62,596 bases of DNA, filler included, from an uncultured bacterium (GCA_964471275.1; 4 parts of 4 records of this genome joined end to end with filler, not necessarily neighbours in it), one strand, 5' to 3'; counted from the whole stretch's first letter, positions 35,290 to 45,847 are shown. Numbers and translations: made by a program. The notes: a model not told the origin generated them from the sequence alone.

Positions 35290-37292
35290 GCCTCTGACCG
35301 AGCTGAGGGCTGGTTCTCATGGAGCCAGCTGGTCGGACATTCGCCCAGAATGTCTTCGACGTAGCACCGCAGGACCTCACCCACACTCCACGCTTGCGCG
35401 TAGCATCCACGGGCTGTGTGCGGCGAATCGCCGTCGAAGATTTCGGAGATCTGCCCGATACCCGATTCGTAGAGGTGCGTTCTGAAGGGATCGACAAAGT
35501 CTGCTGCCCGATCTCTCGCTTCCTCGGTGTTCCCGTGTGTGCGAATGTAGCCTGTCACGAAGGGTCCAATCAACCATCCCCAGACGGTTCCCTGATGGTA
35601 GGCGCCATCACGACTGTGCTGGTCTCCGCCGTAATGACCGGAGTATGAAGCATCATCCGGGGAGAGTGACCTCAGACCCCTTGCCGTGACCAGTTTGCGC
35701 TCAACAATATCGAGGACTCTGTGTTGTCTTCCCGTGTCCAGAAGTGTGTGTGGTAAGCTGAGCGCCAGGATCTGGTTGGGTCTGATCGCGGCGTCGTTTC
35801 CGCTCGCACCGATAACGTCGAACAAGCAACCGGTTTCCTCATTCCAGTAGGCCTGCTGGAAGATCTCGGCAACCCTGTCTGCGTAGGCCCCCGCTCGCTC
35901 TGCGAAACTTGTATCACCAAAGCATGTCGCCAGACCTTCGGCGATTCGAAGTGCGTTATACCACAACGCATTGATCTCCACTGGCTTACCGTGTCTGGGT
36001 GTTACCACCCAATCATCCACCTTCGCATCCATCCACGTCAGCTGGACGTTTCCTTCACCGGCGGTGATCAGACCATCGCTATCTGCGTGGATCCCATAGC
36101 GTGTTCCGTCGTGGTAGTGTGTGACGATCGATTGAATGGTCGGCCAGATGTCGGCCTCGACACCGGCAAGGTCCCCTGTGTAGTCGAGATAGCGGCTCAC
36201 TGCGTGGATATACCAGAGCGAGGCGTCCACGCTGTTGTAGTCCGCCATCCCGCCGTGATCGGGGAAACGGTTTGGTATCATGCCCTGATCGCACGCCCTG
36301 GCGAAAGCCTTGAGCATGCCGGCAGCCTGGTCAAAGCGCCCCGTTACGAGGGTGACTCCTGGCAACGCAATGAATGTGTCCCTGCCCCAATCGCTGAACC
36401 ACGGGTATCCCGCGATAATCGTGTGGAGGTCATCGTCTCGCCTGACGACATACGCGTCGGCCGCATTCGCCAGCGAATCCACAAGATCATCCTCGACGGG
36501 AATCGAGGCGCTCCTGGTCTTGCGGCGCTGAATCTCGCATTCCCGAAGATCCTCGACCTGATCGATCGGAATCCGATCACCCACGGAAGCAATCAGCGAT
36601 ATGCGTTGTCCTGCCTGGAGGGCAAACGTCAAACTCCCCGGCGAGAACAGATCTTCGACGGCATCCAGACCTCGATAGCGTTCGACAACATACTCAAAAT
36701 CGAAGTACCAGAACCCGTCAGCGATAAATTGGCCGGACGTGTGGGAAATGTGCAGTGAGGGTTGTCCCTCGTAGGGAGTATACTCGAGTGCATTCCTGCC
36801 TATCTTGGGGCTCGCGTTGATTGCGCTGTTCTGCCGCGTCGTGTTGTGATAGTCTCGATAGGCTACGAGCGGCCGGATCTCGATGATGAGGTCTCTGTCG
36901 GGTTCGTAAGAGACGACCGTAGCGTTCTTCCCGTGGGGCATGAACACGTGCTTGCGGATCTGGGCAGAACCAATCTTGTAGCCAAAGGTCGGATAGGGCA
37001 CATCGGTAACGTATTCAAGATGTCGATAGCCTTGAGGGTGTACTACGTCACGATACCGGTTACAGCCGAGTTCATACTCACGGCCCTCCAGGCGAACCGT
37101 TTCTTGGAAACTGGAAAGGGTAACGATGCGGTCAACCGGTGGGTGGAGGGCGGGGACGAGCAATCCGTGGTATCGGCGCGTGTTCATCCCAACGATCGTG
37201 GAGGATGCGAAGCCTCCTATTCCGTTTGTCTCTAGCCACTCCCGTTCGGTAGCTTGTTTGAGGTCGCGACAGTATTCTTTGCTGATGAGCAT
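35286..37292 (-). CDS. Glycogen debranching enzyme (amylo-alpha-1,6-glucosidase, GH133-like)
   Basis: EWLETNGIGGFAS, TRRYHGLL, AGYPWF.DWGRDT, TWMDAK, YHQGTVW.WL, QAWSV.E. Confidence 0.93.
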   Translation of the reverse strand: MLISKEYCRDLKQATEREWLETNGIGGFASSTIVGMNTRRYHGLLVPALHPPVDRIVTLSSFQETVRLEGREYELGCNRYRDVVHPQGYRHLEYVTDVPYPTFGYKIGSAQIRKHVFMPHGKNATVVSYEPDRDLIIEIRPLVAYRDYHNTTRQNSAINASPKIGRNALEYTPYEGQPSLHISHTSGQFIADGFWYFDFEYVVERYRGLDAVEDLFSPGSLTFALQAGQRISLIASVGDRIPIDQVEDLRECEIQRRKTRSASIPVEDDLVDSLANAADAYVVRRDDDLHTIIAGYPWFSDWGRDTFIALPGVTLVTGRFDQAAGMLKAFARACDQGMIPNRFPDHGGMADYNSVDASLWYIHAVSRYLDYTGDLAGVEADIWPTIQSIVTHYHDGTRYGIHADSDGLITAGEGNVQLTWMDAKVDDWVVTPRHGKPVEINALWYNALRIAEGLATCFGDTSFAERAGAYADRVAEIFQQAYWNEETGCLFDVIGASGNDAAIRPNQILALSLPHTLLDTGRQHRVLDIVERKLVTARGLRSLSPDDASYSGHYGGDQHSRDGAYHQGTVWGWLIGPFVTGYIRTHGNTEEARDRAADFVDPFRTHLYESGIGQISEIFDGDSPHTARGCYAQAWSVGEVLRCYVEDILGECPTSWLHENQPSARSEA

Positions 37293-37470
37293 GGGCAGAG
37301 CCGAGGGAAAATGGTATACGAACCAGATCGCAACTGTCCCGGAATGGCCGCTTGGTCGGATCGGGTAATTGACTGAGTTGCAATCGTCCGGCAAGGTGTG
37401 TGCCTCGTCGGAACGCCAAGTGTCGTGCATGGAGCAAGAGTCTCACAGAATCTTAGGAAAGGACGATTCC

Positions 37471-38805
37471 TTGGACAATCCTCGACGAGATGAACAGAAG
37501 GTCACGCCGAACGTGTTGATCATCCTTACAGACCAACAGAGTTGGTGGACACTCAGTAGCTACGGATCGACGGCACTCTCGACGCCGCACATTGACCGGC
37601 TCGGCTCTGAGGGGGCGCGATTGACGCAGTTCTTCGTCAACAGCGCTGTCTGTACTCCCTCACGTGGGACCTTTGTAACAGGCCGGTATCCGCACGCTCA
37701 CGGGGCCAATCGTAACAACATACCCCTGGGGCGTGATGAGGTCACATTTGCGGAAATTCTCGGCCGAAACGGCTATGACACGGGGTATGCGGGGAAGTGG
37801 CATCTGGATGGGGTGGCGCGACCGGGGTGGGTCCACGCCGAGCGGTCAGCGGGTTTTGAGGATGCACGGTTTATGTATAACAGAGGCCATTGGAAGAAGA
37901 TTACAGATACAGAGATGGCCGATTGCGAGCCGACAATCTACCCATACAGCGAGTTCGGTAACGAGGAGACCTACCCGACGGATTGGTTGACCGACAAGAC
38001 AATGGACTTTGTGACCCGGGATCGGGGCAAGCCGTTCTGCTTCATGCTGAGCATCCCTGATCCACACACACCGTTCAGGCCGCGGGCACCGTACGACACG
38101 CTGTTCGATCCTGACGAGATGGCGCTACCTGCCAGCTATGGTGAAGAATCACCGTTCGAGCTGTTCGCGGAGCATCAAGCACGAAAGCCGAATGGAACGA
38201 AGCTTCGCCAGTTCAAAGCGTGGTATTACGGCGCTGTCAAGCTGATCGATGACAATGTCGGGAGGCTGTTGGGCTGCCTCGAGGCGCAGGGAATCCTGGA
38301 CCAGACGATCGTGGTGTTCACCTCTGATCACGGTGAGTATATGGGCGAACACGGCCTGATGGGTAAGAATCTGGTCTACGAAACCGCACATCGGGTGCCG
38401 TGTCTGATCCGGTGGCCGGCAGAGATCTCACCAGGAACGGTTGTGGATCGCGTCGTGGCGAGCGTTGATTTTCAGCAAAGCCTTCTTGGACTGGTGGGGC
38501 TCGAGGTGTGTGGGAGAGAACAGGGGAGAGATGCGTCGGGGCTGCTGCGCGGTGAAGCGATTGATTGGGAAGACACAGCGTTTGTGCATCACCCGTCGCA
38601 CAAGTGGTCGGGTGTGTTCACCCCAGACTACGCGTATGCCGAGCACGAGAGTGGTTACGGTATGCTCTATGACAGGACGCGAGATCCTGATCAGATCACG
38701 AACCTTTTCAAGGATGGTAACGAAGCTGTGGTTCGCGATTTGAAGAGATCAGTGATGGTTCACCTGGAAGACTGCGACGCTCCCCAAGCAAGCTGGATGT
38801 CCTAG
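37471..38805 (+). CDS. Sulfatase (S1, Cys-type)
   Basis: PNVLIILTDQQ, CTPSR, GKWHL, DPH.P, FTSDHGEYMGEHG; start uncertain. Confidence 0.92.
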   Translation: MDNPRRDEQKVTPNVLIILTDQQSWWTLSSYGSTALSTPHIDRLGSEGARLTQFFVNSAVCTPSRGTFVTGRYPHAHGANRNNIPLGRDEVTFAEILGRNGYDTGYAGKWHLDGVARPGWVHAERSAGFEDARFMYNRGHWKKITDTEMADCEPTIYPYSEFGNEETYPTDWLTDKTMDFVTRDRGKPFCFMLSIPDPHTPFRPRAPYDTLFDPDEMALPASYGEESPFELFAEHQARKPNGTKLRQFKAWYYGAVKLIDDNVGRLLGCLEAQGILDQTIVVFTSDHGEYMGEHGLMGKNLVYETAHRVPCLIRWPAEISPGTVVDRVVASVDFQQSLLGLVGLEVCGREQGRDASGLLRGEAIDWEDTAFVHHPSHKWSGVFTPDYAYAEHESGYGMLYDRTRDPDQITNLFKDGNEAVVRDLKRSVMVHLEDCDAPQASWMS

Positions 38806-38806
38806 C

Positions 38807-40216
38807 CTAGTTCTTCTTTGGGATATACAGATCTGTTGCCGTACCCTCGAAGATCTCGGCGGCGATGCCGACCGATTCAGACAGCGTTGGGTGCGGGTGA
38901 ATCGCTTCGGCAATGTCTTCGACCGTGGCCGCCATTTCGACGGCAAGCGTAGCCTCGGCGATCAGTTCACCCGCTCCCGGACCGACGATGCCGACACCCA
39001 GGACGCGATTGGTTACCGGCTCGACGATTATCTTGGTCAAACCGTCTGACCGACCCAGCGTCATTGCCCGGCCAGATGCTGCCCAGGGGAATTTGGCCAC
39101 TTCGACTCTCTTCTTCTGTTCTGCCGCCTGCGTTTCCGTCAGGCCAACCCAGGCCACCTCGGGGTTTGTGAACACGACGGAGGGAACGGTCTTGCCGAAC
39201 GAGGAAGGCTTCCCGGCAAGGACCTCCGCTGCAACCTTCCCCTGATGCGTTGCCTGGTGAGCGAGCCCGCCGCCTGCGACGTCGCCGATCGCGAAGATGT
39301 GGCTGTCGGCGGTCCGTTGCTGATGATCCGCCTCAATGAATCCGCGGTCATTGACGACTGCGGATGTGTTCACGATACCCAGGGATTCACTGTTGGGCAT
39401 CCTCCCGATGGACACGAGAATCTTGCTGAAAGCTCTCTCGGACAACCTCTTCGCACCATCCATCGTCACCGTCAGGGCATCCTTGCCAGCCTCGACCTTC
39501 CGAACGGCAGTCTTAAGGTGAATCCCGTCGAAGACCCCGGCCAGCCTTCGCTTGAGAGGGGCGACGAGATCGCGGTCGGCTCCCGGAAGCAGATCGTCCG
39601 TCATTTCGACAACCGTCACCTTGCTTCCCAGTTCCGCATACACCAGTCCGAGTTCGAGGCCGATGTAACCGCCTCCCACAACTAGAAGCGTCTCGGGTAT
39701 GTCTTTAAGAGCCAAAGCGGAGGTGGAGTTCAGCACACGATCTGATCCGATTTCGAACAGCGGGACGGAAGCAGGACGCGAGCCCGTGGCGACGATTGCG
39801 TAGTTGAATTCCACACTGTCGAAGGTGTTGCTGCCCGAGACAATCACGCGTTGGGAACTGCCGAAGGATGCGCGACCGACGATGTGGGTCACCTTCCGTT
39901 TTCGCGCCAGCCCATCGAGTCCTCCCGTCAGTTTTCTGACAACGCCGTCTTTGAACCCCCGGATCTTTTCGAGATCAATCTCCGGTTTTCCGAATTTGAG
40001 ACCGTGGCGTTCGGCTTCCCGAGCTTCGGATATGAGGGAGGCAAGGTGAAGAAGCGCCTTCGAAGGAATGCATCCCCGAATCAGGCAGGTGCCGCCGAGA
40101 CGTTCGTCATCGTTGACGATCGTGACACTTATGCCAAGGTCTGCAGCCCGGAAAGCTGCCGCATAACCACCAGGGCCACCCCCGATAACCAATAACTGTG
40201 TTCTATGAGTAGGCAT
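38807..40216 (-). CDS. lpdA: Dihydrolipoyl dehydrogenase (E3)
   Basis: GGGPGGY, GGTCLIRGCIPSK, GGGYIGLE, HPHPTLSE. Confidence 0.97.
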   Translation of the reverse strand: MPTHRTQLLVIGGGPGGYAAAFRAADLGISVTIVNDDERLGGTCLIRGCIPSKALLHLASLISEAREAERHGLKFGKPEIDLEKIRGFKDGVVRKLTGGLDGLARKRKVTHIVGRASFGSSQRVIVSGSNTFDSVEFNYAIVATGSRPASVPLFEIGSDRVLNSTSALALKDIPETLLVVGGGYIGLELGLVYAELGSKVTVVEMTDDLLPGADRDLVAPLKRRLAGVFDGIHLKTAVRKVEAGKDALTVTMDGAKRLSERAFSKILVSIGRMPNSESLGIVNTSAVVNDRGFIEADHQQRTADSHIFAIGDVAGGGLAHQATHQGKVAAEVLAGKPSSFGKTVPSVVFTNPEVAWVGLTETQAAEQKKRVEVAKFPWAASGRAMTLGRSDGLTKIIVEPVTNRVLGVGIVGPGAGELIAEATLAVEMAATVEDIAEAIHPHPTLSESVGIAAEIFEGTATDLYIPKKN

Positions 40217-40229
40217 TCAGATCCTTGTT

Positions 40230-40302
40230 TGGGGCAGGGGGACCGGGCAGAGCAGAGCAACGCTGCCTTGTTACTTCTGGTCCCTGCGCCTCTGTCCTCT
40301 GC
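40230..40302. repeat. Short degenerate inverted repeat between the E2 fragment and lpdA
   Basis: GCAGGGGGACCGG...CTGGTCCCTGC and GCAGAG...CTCTGC units. Confidence 0.45.
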
Positions 40303-40305
40303 AGT

Positions 40306-40860
40306 TTAGCCGCCGAGAAGCACGTGCTCTGGGTCCTGTATCGACTCCACGATCTTGTTCAGAAATCTGACGCCATCCGCACCGTCGACGACACGATGGT
40401 CGTATGACAAACAGAGCGGCAACATCAGACGTGGTTCTATGCGCCCATCGACAACCATGGCTTTTTCACGACCTTGGCCGATCCCGAGTATCGCGACTTC
40501 AGGATGGTTGACGATCGGGGTAAAGGATCCGCCACCCAGACTCCCCAGATTGGTTACCGAGAAGGTTCCGCCCTGCAGCTCATCAGGAGATACACGATTG
40601 CTTCGTGTTCTCTCGCCAAGATCTCCCAATTCAACCGCAAGGTCGTAGATGTTTTTCCGGTCGACGTCCTTGATTACCGGGACGAGAAGGCCTCTCTCTG
40701 TATCTACGGCGATGCTGAGGTTGATATACTGCTTGATGATCACTTCGTTGGCTGCGACGTCTAGGCTGGCGTTGAACTGGGGGTATGTCTTGAGCGCAGC
40801 TATAATTGCTTTCAGTACCAGAACGGTCGGTGTAAGCTTCGCCCCCCTGGCCTCGGCCGC
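40306..40860 (-). pseudogene. 5'-truncated dihydrolipoamide acyltransferase (E2) catalytic domain
   Basis: AAEARGAKLT...PQFNASLD...AVDTERGLLVPVI...GGTFSVTNLG...LSYDHRVVDGADG*; in-frame stop at 40888-40890; no start codon for the homologous part and no lipoyl or E3-binding domain. Confidence 0.88.
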
Positions 40861-40915
40861 GCCGAAGTATAAGTCAAACTGAAGAAATCACCAGAGGGAG
40901 AATCACGTTCGACAA

Positions 40916-40957
40916 CAAGAAAGGGTCCCCGAGCATTCACTCGGAGACCCTTTCTTG
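40916..40957. terminator. Rho-independent terminator after PFOR
   Basis: CAAGAAAGGGTC(C)CCGAG-cattca-CTCGG(A)GACCCTTTCTTG with T-rich tails on both strands. Confidence 0.8.
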
Positions 40958-40970
40958 AATGTACTCGCGT

Positions 40971-42539
40971 CTAGATGATTCCTGCCATCTCCTGGAGCAT
41001 TCGCCAATTCTGGAGTCGGTCATCCTGGGCGGAAAAGATCGTGTCCGACGGTTTGCCCTCGGCGTCGAAATGTTTGGCAAAACGACCCTCCGTCCTGGCG
41101 AAGTTGACGAAGTCGACCGTTTCACCCGTCTTCCGGATCGTATACCAGTCATCGTTGACTGCCGGGTTACCGCGAAGGCTGAGCCGTTCCTTGATGCGCT
41201 CGCCCTCCCTCGGGTCGTAGATGAAGATCGGGAAGGCCCGGGATTCCACAGCCAGTCTGGCCTGATGCGCAGCCATATGGTCAGCCACGCCGTGCTCTGG
41301 CTGGCACGTGGTGTAGACCGTGATTACGGACGGACCGGGGAAATCGTTGGCAGCCATAACGGCTTTGTAGAAGTGGTTCGGTAGTGATGCGGTTGTCTGG
41401 GCCACGAAGACGTCCGGATGCATCATGCAGATCTGGCCCAGCTCCTTACGTCGCTCAGTCTTGCCGGGCAGCACAGACCCGTGGTAGGACATCTTGGTTG
41501 CCTGTCCCATGTATGTCGAGGTAGATGTCTGTCCGCCCGTGTTTGAGTAGACCTGTGTGTCGAGCACCAAGACGTTGATATCCATGCCGGACATCAACAT
41601 CCGGGAAAGCGCCTGGAAGCCGATATCGAGCATCGCTCCATCGCCACCGATAACCCAGAGTTTCTTGTCCTCCCAACCCATCTGATCCCAGCGCGCCCGG
41701 ACACCCATGGCGTCGGTCGGGCTGTTCTCGAACAGCGAATTCGTCCAGGGAATCGTGTAGGGGTTGTATGGGTAGGTCGACGTATAGACGGTGTTGCAGC
41801 CCGTCGACGCAACGATGCCGACGCTGTCCTCACCATACGTGAATCCGGTTGCCGCCAGCATCATGCGAATCGCAGTGGCTTCACCGCATCCCATGCAAGA
41901 CCCGGCCCCGCCGAGATACAGGTTCGAACGGTAGGCTAGCATCATATCTTGAACGGACTTTTCGATCAAGTACTGCTGAGGAGATTCGGGGAGGTCCAGG
42001 TAGAACTTCCACGCATCCCGGTAGTCGCCCAGGTTCTCCTCGGTCTTGTCGATCATCTTCAGGGCGTTCTTGTCCCCGCAGACTTCGACACATTCCGCAC
42101 ATCCCTTGCATTTGGTGGGGTCGACAAAGATCCCGAAATAGGCACCCTCTTTGTCCTTCTTCTCAAAGTTCTTGAAGTACTTGGCCGTCTCGACGAACTG
42201 ATCGCGTAGCCACTGACGCTTTTCCGGGTCTGTCTCCTTCGCCAACCTGGCGTCCAGTTCGTCCTGAGTCGATATCTTCCCTAGGATTGCCGTGTCCGGG
42301 CATTCGGTGACACACTCCATACAGCCCACACAGGCCTCACCGATGAACTCGGGAATCTCGGGTGCGATATAGCTGAAGTCACGGAGGATAGCCGTGCCCG
42401 GGGCGCAGAGGCTGCGTGCGACGCCGATATCGGCGGGGAGGTCCTTTTCTGCCGTGCCATCGTTATACGCACCGACAACACGCTCGTTGAAATCTTCGAT
42501 GTCGAGAAGCTGGTCCAGCTGTGGTGTAGATGATACCAT
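40971..42539 (-). CDS. Pyruvate/2-oxoacid:ferredoxin oxidoreductase, ferredoxin + TPP-binding subunit
   Basis: CVGCMECVTECP, CKGCAECVEVC, SCMGCGE, TGC, GGDGAM.DIG, YSNTGGQ. Confidence 0.92.
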   Translation of the reverse strand: MVSSTPQLDQLLDIEDFNERVVGAYNDGTAEKDLPADIGVARSLCAPGTAILRDFSYIAPEIPEFIGEACVGCMECVTECPDTAILGKISTQDELDARLAKETDPEKRQWLRDQFVETAKYFKNFEKKDKEGAYFGIFVDPTKCKGCAECVEVCGDKNALKMIDKTEENLGDYRDAWKFYLDLPESPQQYLIEKSVQDMMLAYRSNLYLGGAGSCMGCGEATAIRMMLAATGFTYGEDSVGIVASTGCNTVYTSTYPYNPYTIPWTNSLFENSPTDAMGVRARWDQMGWEDKKLWVIGGDGAMLDIGFQALSRMLMSGMDINVLVLDTQVYSNTGGQTSTSTYMGQATKMSYHGSVLPGKTERRKELGQICMMHPDVFVAQTTASLPNHFYKAVMAANDFPGPSVITVYTTCQPEHGVADHMAAHQARLAVESRAFPIFIYDPREGERIKERLSLRGNPAVNDDWYTIRKTGETVDFVNFARTEGRFAKHFDAEGKPSDTIFSAQDDRLQNWRMLQEMAGII

Positions 42540-42572
42540 TCGATCTCCGTTCAGGTTCAGGTCTGGAATCGG

Positions 42573-44573
42573 CTAGGCGCCGACGGGGTCGGTTTCGTCG
42601 TCGATCGTGCTTTCCACCAGTTCGGGCGGAACTTCAAAGACCTCGTCGTATCCTCGTCGTATCGCCGTCAGGTTCGATATCACCACGTCCTCGCCCTTAC
42701 CGCCCCAATACTTGCGCACGGCTTCTTCCACTTTCACGAACAGCTCGTCATCCGAGAGATCGAGATCCTTCTGGAATGGCGTATGGCGGAGGAATATGCC
42801 CAGCAGTACGATGCCCTGAAACCGCTGTTCGAGGTCCGGGCTTGGCGCTTCCTCGCGTGCGATGCGCACGGCATTGAGTGCAAGGGGTTTGATGTTCCGT
42901 TCCCGGATGGTCTTCCTCGCCCAGCCAGGCACGTGGCTCCAAACCTCCTCCGCTGAGGACTGGTTACTCTGGATGAAGATCATTCCGCCATCTGTCACAC
43001 CGGCAAGGGGGTTCCCTGTGTTGAAGGCGTTCACATCGTTCAACGGGACGAAGTCCACACGCTCCAATTCGGAGTGCGTGCGAATATGCTCGTTCGCGGC
43101 TGTCAGATAATACGTCGTCGGCAGCCCCTTCTTCTCCGATCCATACTTTGGATATGCTTGGACCTGAAGGCCGAGGTTGGCCAGGAGGGTGGCGATCACC
43201 TTGTTCGTCGTGACGGATCCGTATCCACCGACCGAATGTCCGCGCATTGCGAATTCTCCGGCTGTCCGTTCCGCCGGGTCCTCCTCCCGGCCAATCGAGA
43301 GCGGATGGTCGATACCCAGAGAGAACAGTCTTTTCTGCTGACCGTCCTCCAGCATGTTCCTTATCGTTGCGATGAAGTCGCCCGCTCGCACATCACGGCT
43401 TCCGAGGCCCGCAATCCCGGAGTAGATGGTGGGCAGGCTGTCGATCTGCGGGTAGCCATCCGCTCCGGATGCGGCATCCGCGAAGGCCGACTTGATCTCC
43501 ATTGTCAGCGGATTCGATTGGCCAAGTGGGTTGTCCATACGCTCTACGACCGCGATTTCCCTGGCTCCCTTGAGGGCGGAGACGAGCTCTGCACCGGGGA
43601 AGGGGCGGTAGGAAGTTACGTGCAAGGCACCCACCTTCAGCCCCTCGTTCTTCCTGAGGTGATCGACGGCAACCATGGCTGTCTCCATCATGCTCCCCAG
43701 CCCAACGATCACGTAGTCGGCGTCCTCCGTCCGATAGCAGTCGATCATTCCATAACGTCTGCCCGTGAGCTTGTGGAACTCGATCATGGCCTCGCCCAGA
43801 ATGTCCGGAACCGCATCGTAGAAGTATCGCTGAGCAACTTTGCCTTTCATGTAGCTGTCCTGATTCTGAACTACGCCGCTCATCAGCGGGTTCCCCGTGT
43901 CCATCAGGTTGACGAGCTTGTCTTCCGGCTTGCCTACGTAGAGCTTCATCATCTCGGGTTCGAGAGCCCGAACGTTCTGAACGGTATGTGTCGTCAGAAA
44001 CCCGTCCTGAATCGACATGAACGGAGTCTTCGAGTCCTCTGCGGCCTTTCGCGAGATCAGGGCCAGGTCCATGACCTCCTGCGTATTGCGGGCAAAAAGC
44101 ATCCCCCATCCGACGTCCGATACCGCCATAACATCGTCATGACCGGCGTGAACGTTCAGCGATTGAGACGTCAGGGCTCTCGCTCCAATGTGGAAGACCG
44201 CGGGCAGCCGCTTTCCCGAGATGGTGTAGAGCACCTCCTTCATGAGCACGAGGCCTTGACCGGAGGTGAAGTTGGTTACACGACCCCCTGCAAGCGCAAA
44301 ACCCTCCGACGCGGATGCCGAACTGTGCTCGGATTCCGGCTCTAGAAAGATGAGCGTGTCGTCCCACAGGTTCTTGGCGCCATTTGCCACGACTGCGCTG
44401 TATTTCTCACCCAGAATGGTCGATGATGTGATCGGATACGAGCACGCAGCCTGGCTGACGTTCTTCTCCACCCAGATGGCGGCATCCCCTCCATCGCCAA
44501 CATCCGGGATCCCGGGAAACGGGACACTCACGGGCTGTTCGTCGTATCCCTGCACCTTGGTTGCTTGCGCCAT
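42573..44573 (-). CDS. Pyruvate/2-oxoacid:ferredoxin oxidoreductase, alpha + gamma domain subunit
   Basis: YPITSS, SEHS, FTSGQGL.LM.E, GHDD, DGFLTTH, YRPFP, GG.G.VT.NK, YGSEKKG. Confidence 0.92.
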   Translation of the reverse strand: MAQATKVQGYDEQPVSVPFPGIPDVGDGGDAAIWVEKNVSQAACSYPITSSTILGEKYSAVVANGAKNLWDDTLIFLEPESEHSSASASEGFALAGGRVTNFTSGQGLVLMKEVLYTISGKRLPAVFHIGARALTSQSLNVHAGHDDVMAVSDVGWGMLFARNTQEVMDLALISRKAAEDSKTPFMSIQDGFLTTHTVQNVRALEPEMMKLYVGKPEDKLVNLMDTGNPLMSGVVQNQDSYMKGKVAQRYFYDAVPDILGEAMIEFHKLTGRRYGMIDCYRTEDADYVIVGLGSMMETAMVAVDHLRKNEGLKVGALHVTSYRPFPGAELVSALKGAREIAVVERMDNPLGQSNPLTMEIKSAFADAASGADGYPQIDSLPTIYSGIAGLGSRDVRAGDFIATIRNMLEDGQQKRLFSLGIDHPLSIGREEDPAERTAGEFAMRGHSVGGYGSVTTNKVIATLLANLGLQVQAYPKYGSEKKGLPTTYYLTAANEHIRTHSELERVDFVPLNDVNAFNTGNPLAGVTDGGMIFIQSNQSSAEEVWSHVPGWARKTIRERNIKPLALNAVRIAREEAPSPDLEQRFQGIVLLGIFLRHTPFQKDLDLSDDELFVKVEEAVRKYWGGKGEDVVISNLTAIRRGYDEVFEVPPELVESTIDDETDPVGA

Positions 44574-44747
44574 TGCATACCCCTTTCCGACTCAGCGGAT
44601 CGTTCCCCCAGGCGAGGGGAGGTCGAAATCATTAACCTAACTGCTATAGTTGCAGTCGGAATTATTAGTTTAAGTTGTTTATATTGGACTGGATAAGTAT
44701 AGACCAAAGTCTTGTTACACGCAAGCCCGCTCGGCTCTCCGTGTCCT

Positions 44748-45773
44748 TCAGCCGCTGAGCCGAGCCAGTTGACCTGTTGGAGGTATCTGGACAATCGGGT
44801 TCTCCAGTGCACCGATCCGGGCGAAGGTCATCCGGACGGTATCTCCCGCGAGCAGTCCGGATTCGAGATCAGCTTCAGAGAAGACGATCGGTGTTCCCCA
44901 GTAGAAGACCTGCAGCTGGTTCTGCTGGAGTGGTATCCGCTCGAACAGTGCGCGCTCCAGATGGAGAAGGCCATCCGGGGCATTCAGGTGTGCCTCACCT
45001 GTCAATCCCGTCTTTGAGGCGACACAGGTGCCCGCTCGGTGGATTTTACAACTGACTTCGACCTCCGAAAGATCGAAGGCATCGTCCGTGACCAGAACGG
45101 GACCCAGACTCGCACAGCCACCGCTCCAGTTCTTGGCCTGCGGCAGGTTCAAGGGATTCTGCGCCTCGATACCATTGTCTGTGTAATCATTGCCGCCAGT
45201 GAACCCGATGCGCTCGACCTGACCGTCCTGTCTGAGGCCATAGACGCTTACGAGCTCCGTTTCGGGGACGAGGCGGAGGGTGTTCGCGGGACGACCCACT
45301 TCGCCGCCGTGGCCAACCACGCTTTCCGGATCCGATTTGGAGAAGAGCTCGGGGATTCCGCCTCCGGCACATTCCCGATACTTTTGGTCATATACGTTCA
45401 CGGCGGCGCCCGTGGACTGTTTGGCCTCGATTTCGCGGAGCTTGGCGCTGTCCTCGTGGGTGACGCCCGCAAGCCAGATCCTGAGCAGATGGTTTGCTCC
45501 GCCAGGTGCGGTGACCGGGGACCGGAGGCGGATTTCTGACGGATCGGTGATGTTGCCCAACAGGTTGCCAAGAGATTGCCTGGGTGCGGATTCCGATAGA
45601 GCCCGGCAGGTGTGGAGAAGGCCGTCGATGTCCCCTCCCAACCGGTAGTAGAGGTCGTAGAGGGATGTCGGTGCGGTGGATGTCGCGGTCAGGTCGACCA
45701 GTGTGTCCGCTTCGATCACGCCGATTCTGTCTTTGATCGGCAGAATGGGGTCGGTGAATTGCACAAGTTTCAA
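44748..45773 (-). CDS. Fumarylacetoacetate hydrolase-family protein (2-keto-3-deoxy sugar acid dehydratase-like)
   Basis: W.AGVT...S, PELF.K, VPE.EL, GND....IEAQNPL.LPQAK, LGP; start taken at TTG 45773. Confidence 0.8.
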   Translation of the reverse strand: MKLVQFTDPILPIKDRIGVIEADTLVDLTATSTAPTSLYDLYYRLGGDIDGLLHTCRALSESAPRQSLGNLLGNITDPSEIRLRSPVTAPGGANHLLRIWLAGVTHEDSAKLREIEAKQSTGAAVNVYDQKYRECAGGGIPELFSKSDPESVVGHGGEVGRPANTLRLVPETELVSVYGLRQDGQVERIGFTGGNDYTDNGIEAQNPLNLPQAKNWSGGCASLGPVLVTDDAFDLSEVEVSCKIHRAGTCVASKTGLTGEAHLNAPDGLLHLERALFERIPLQQNQLQVFYWGTPIVFSEADLESGLLAGDTVRMTFARIGALENPIVQIPPTGQLARLSG

Positions 45774-45847
45774 GGCCGATACCTTTCTCTTCTGGATGGA
45801 TGGTTCGGTGCCAAGGATAAACTCGTCCGAGGCCGTGGCAAAAGGAT

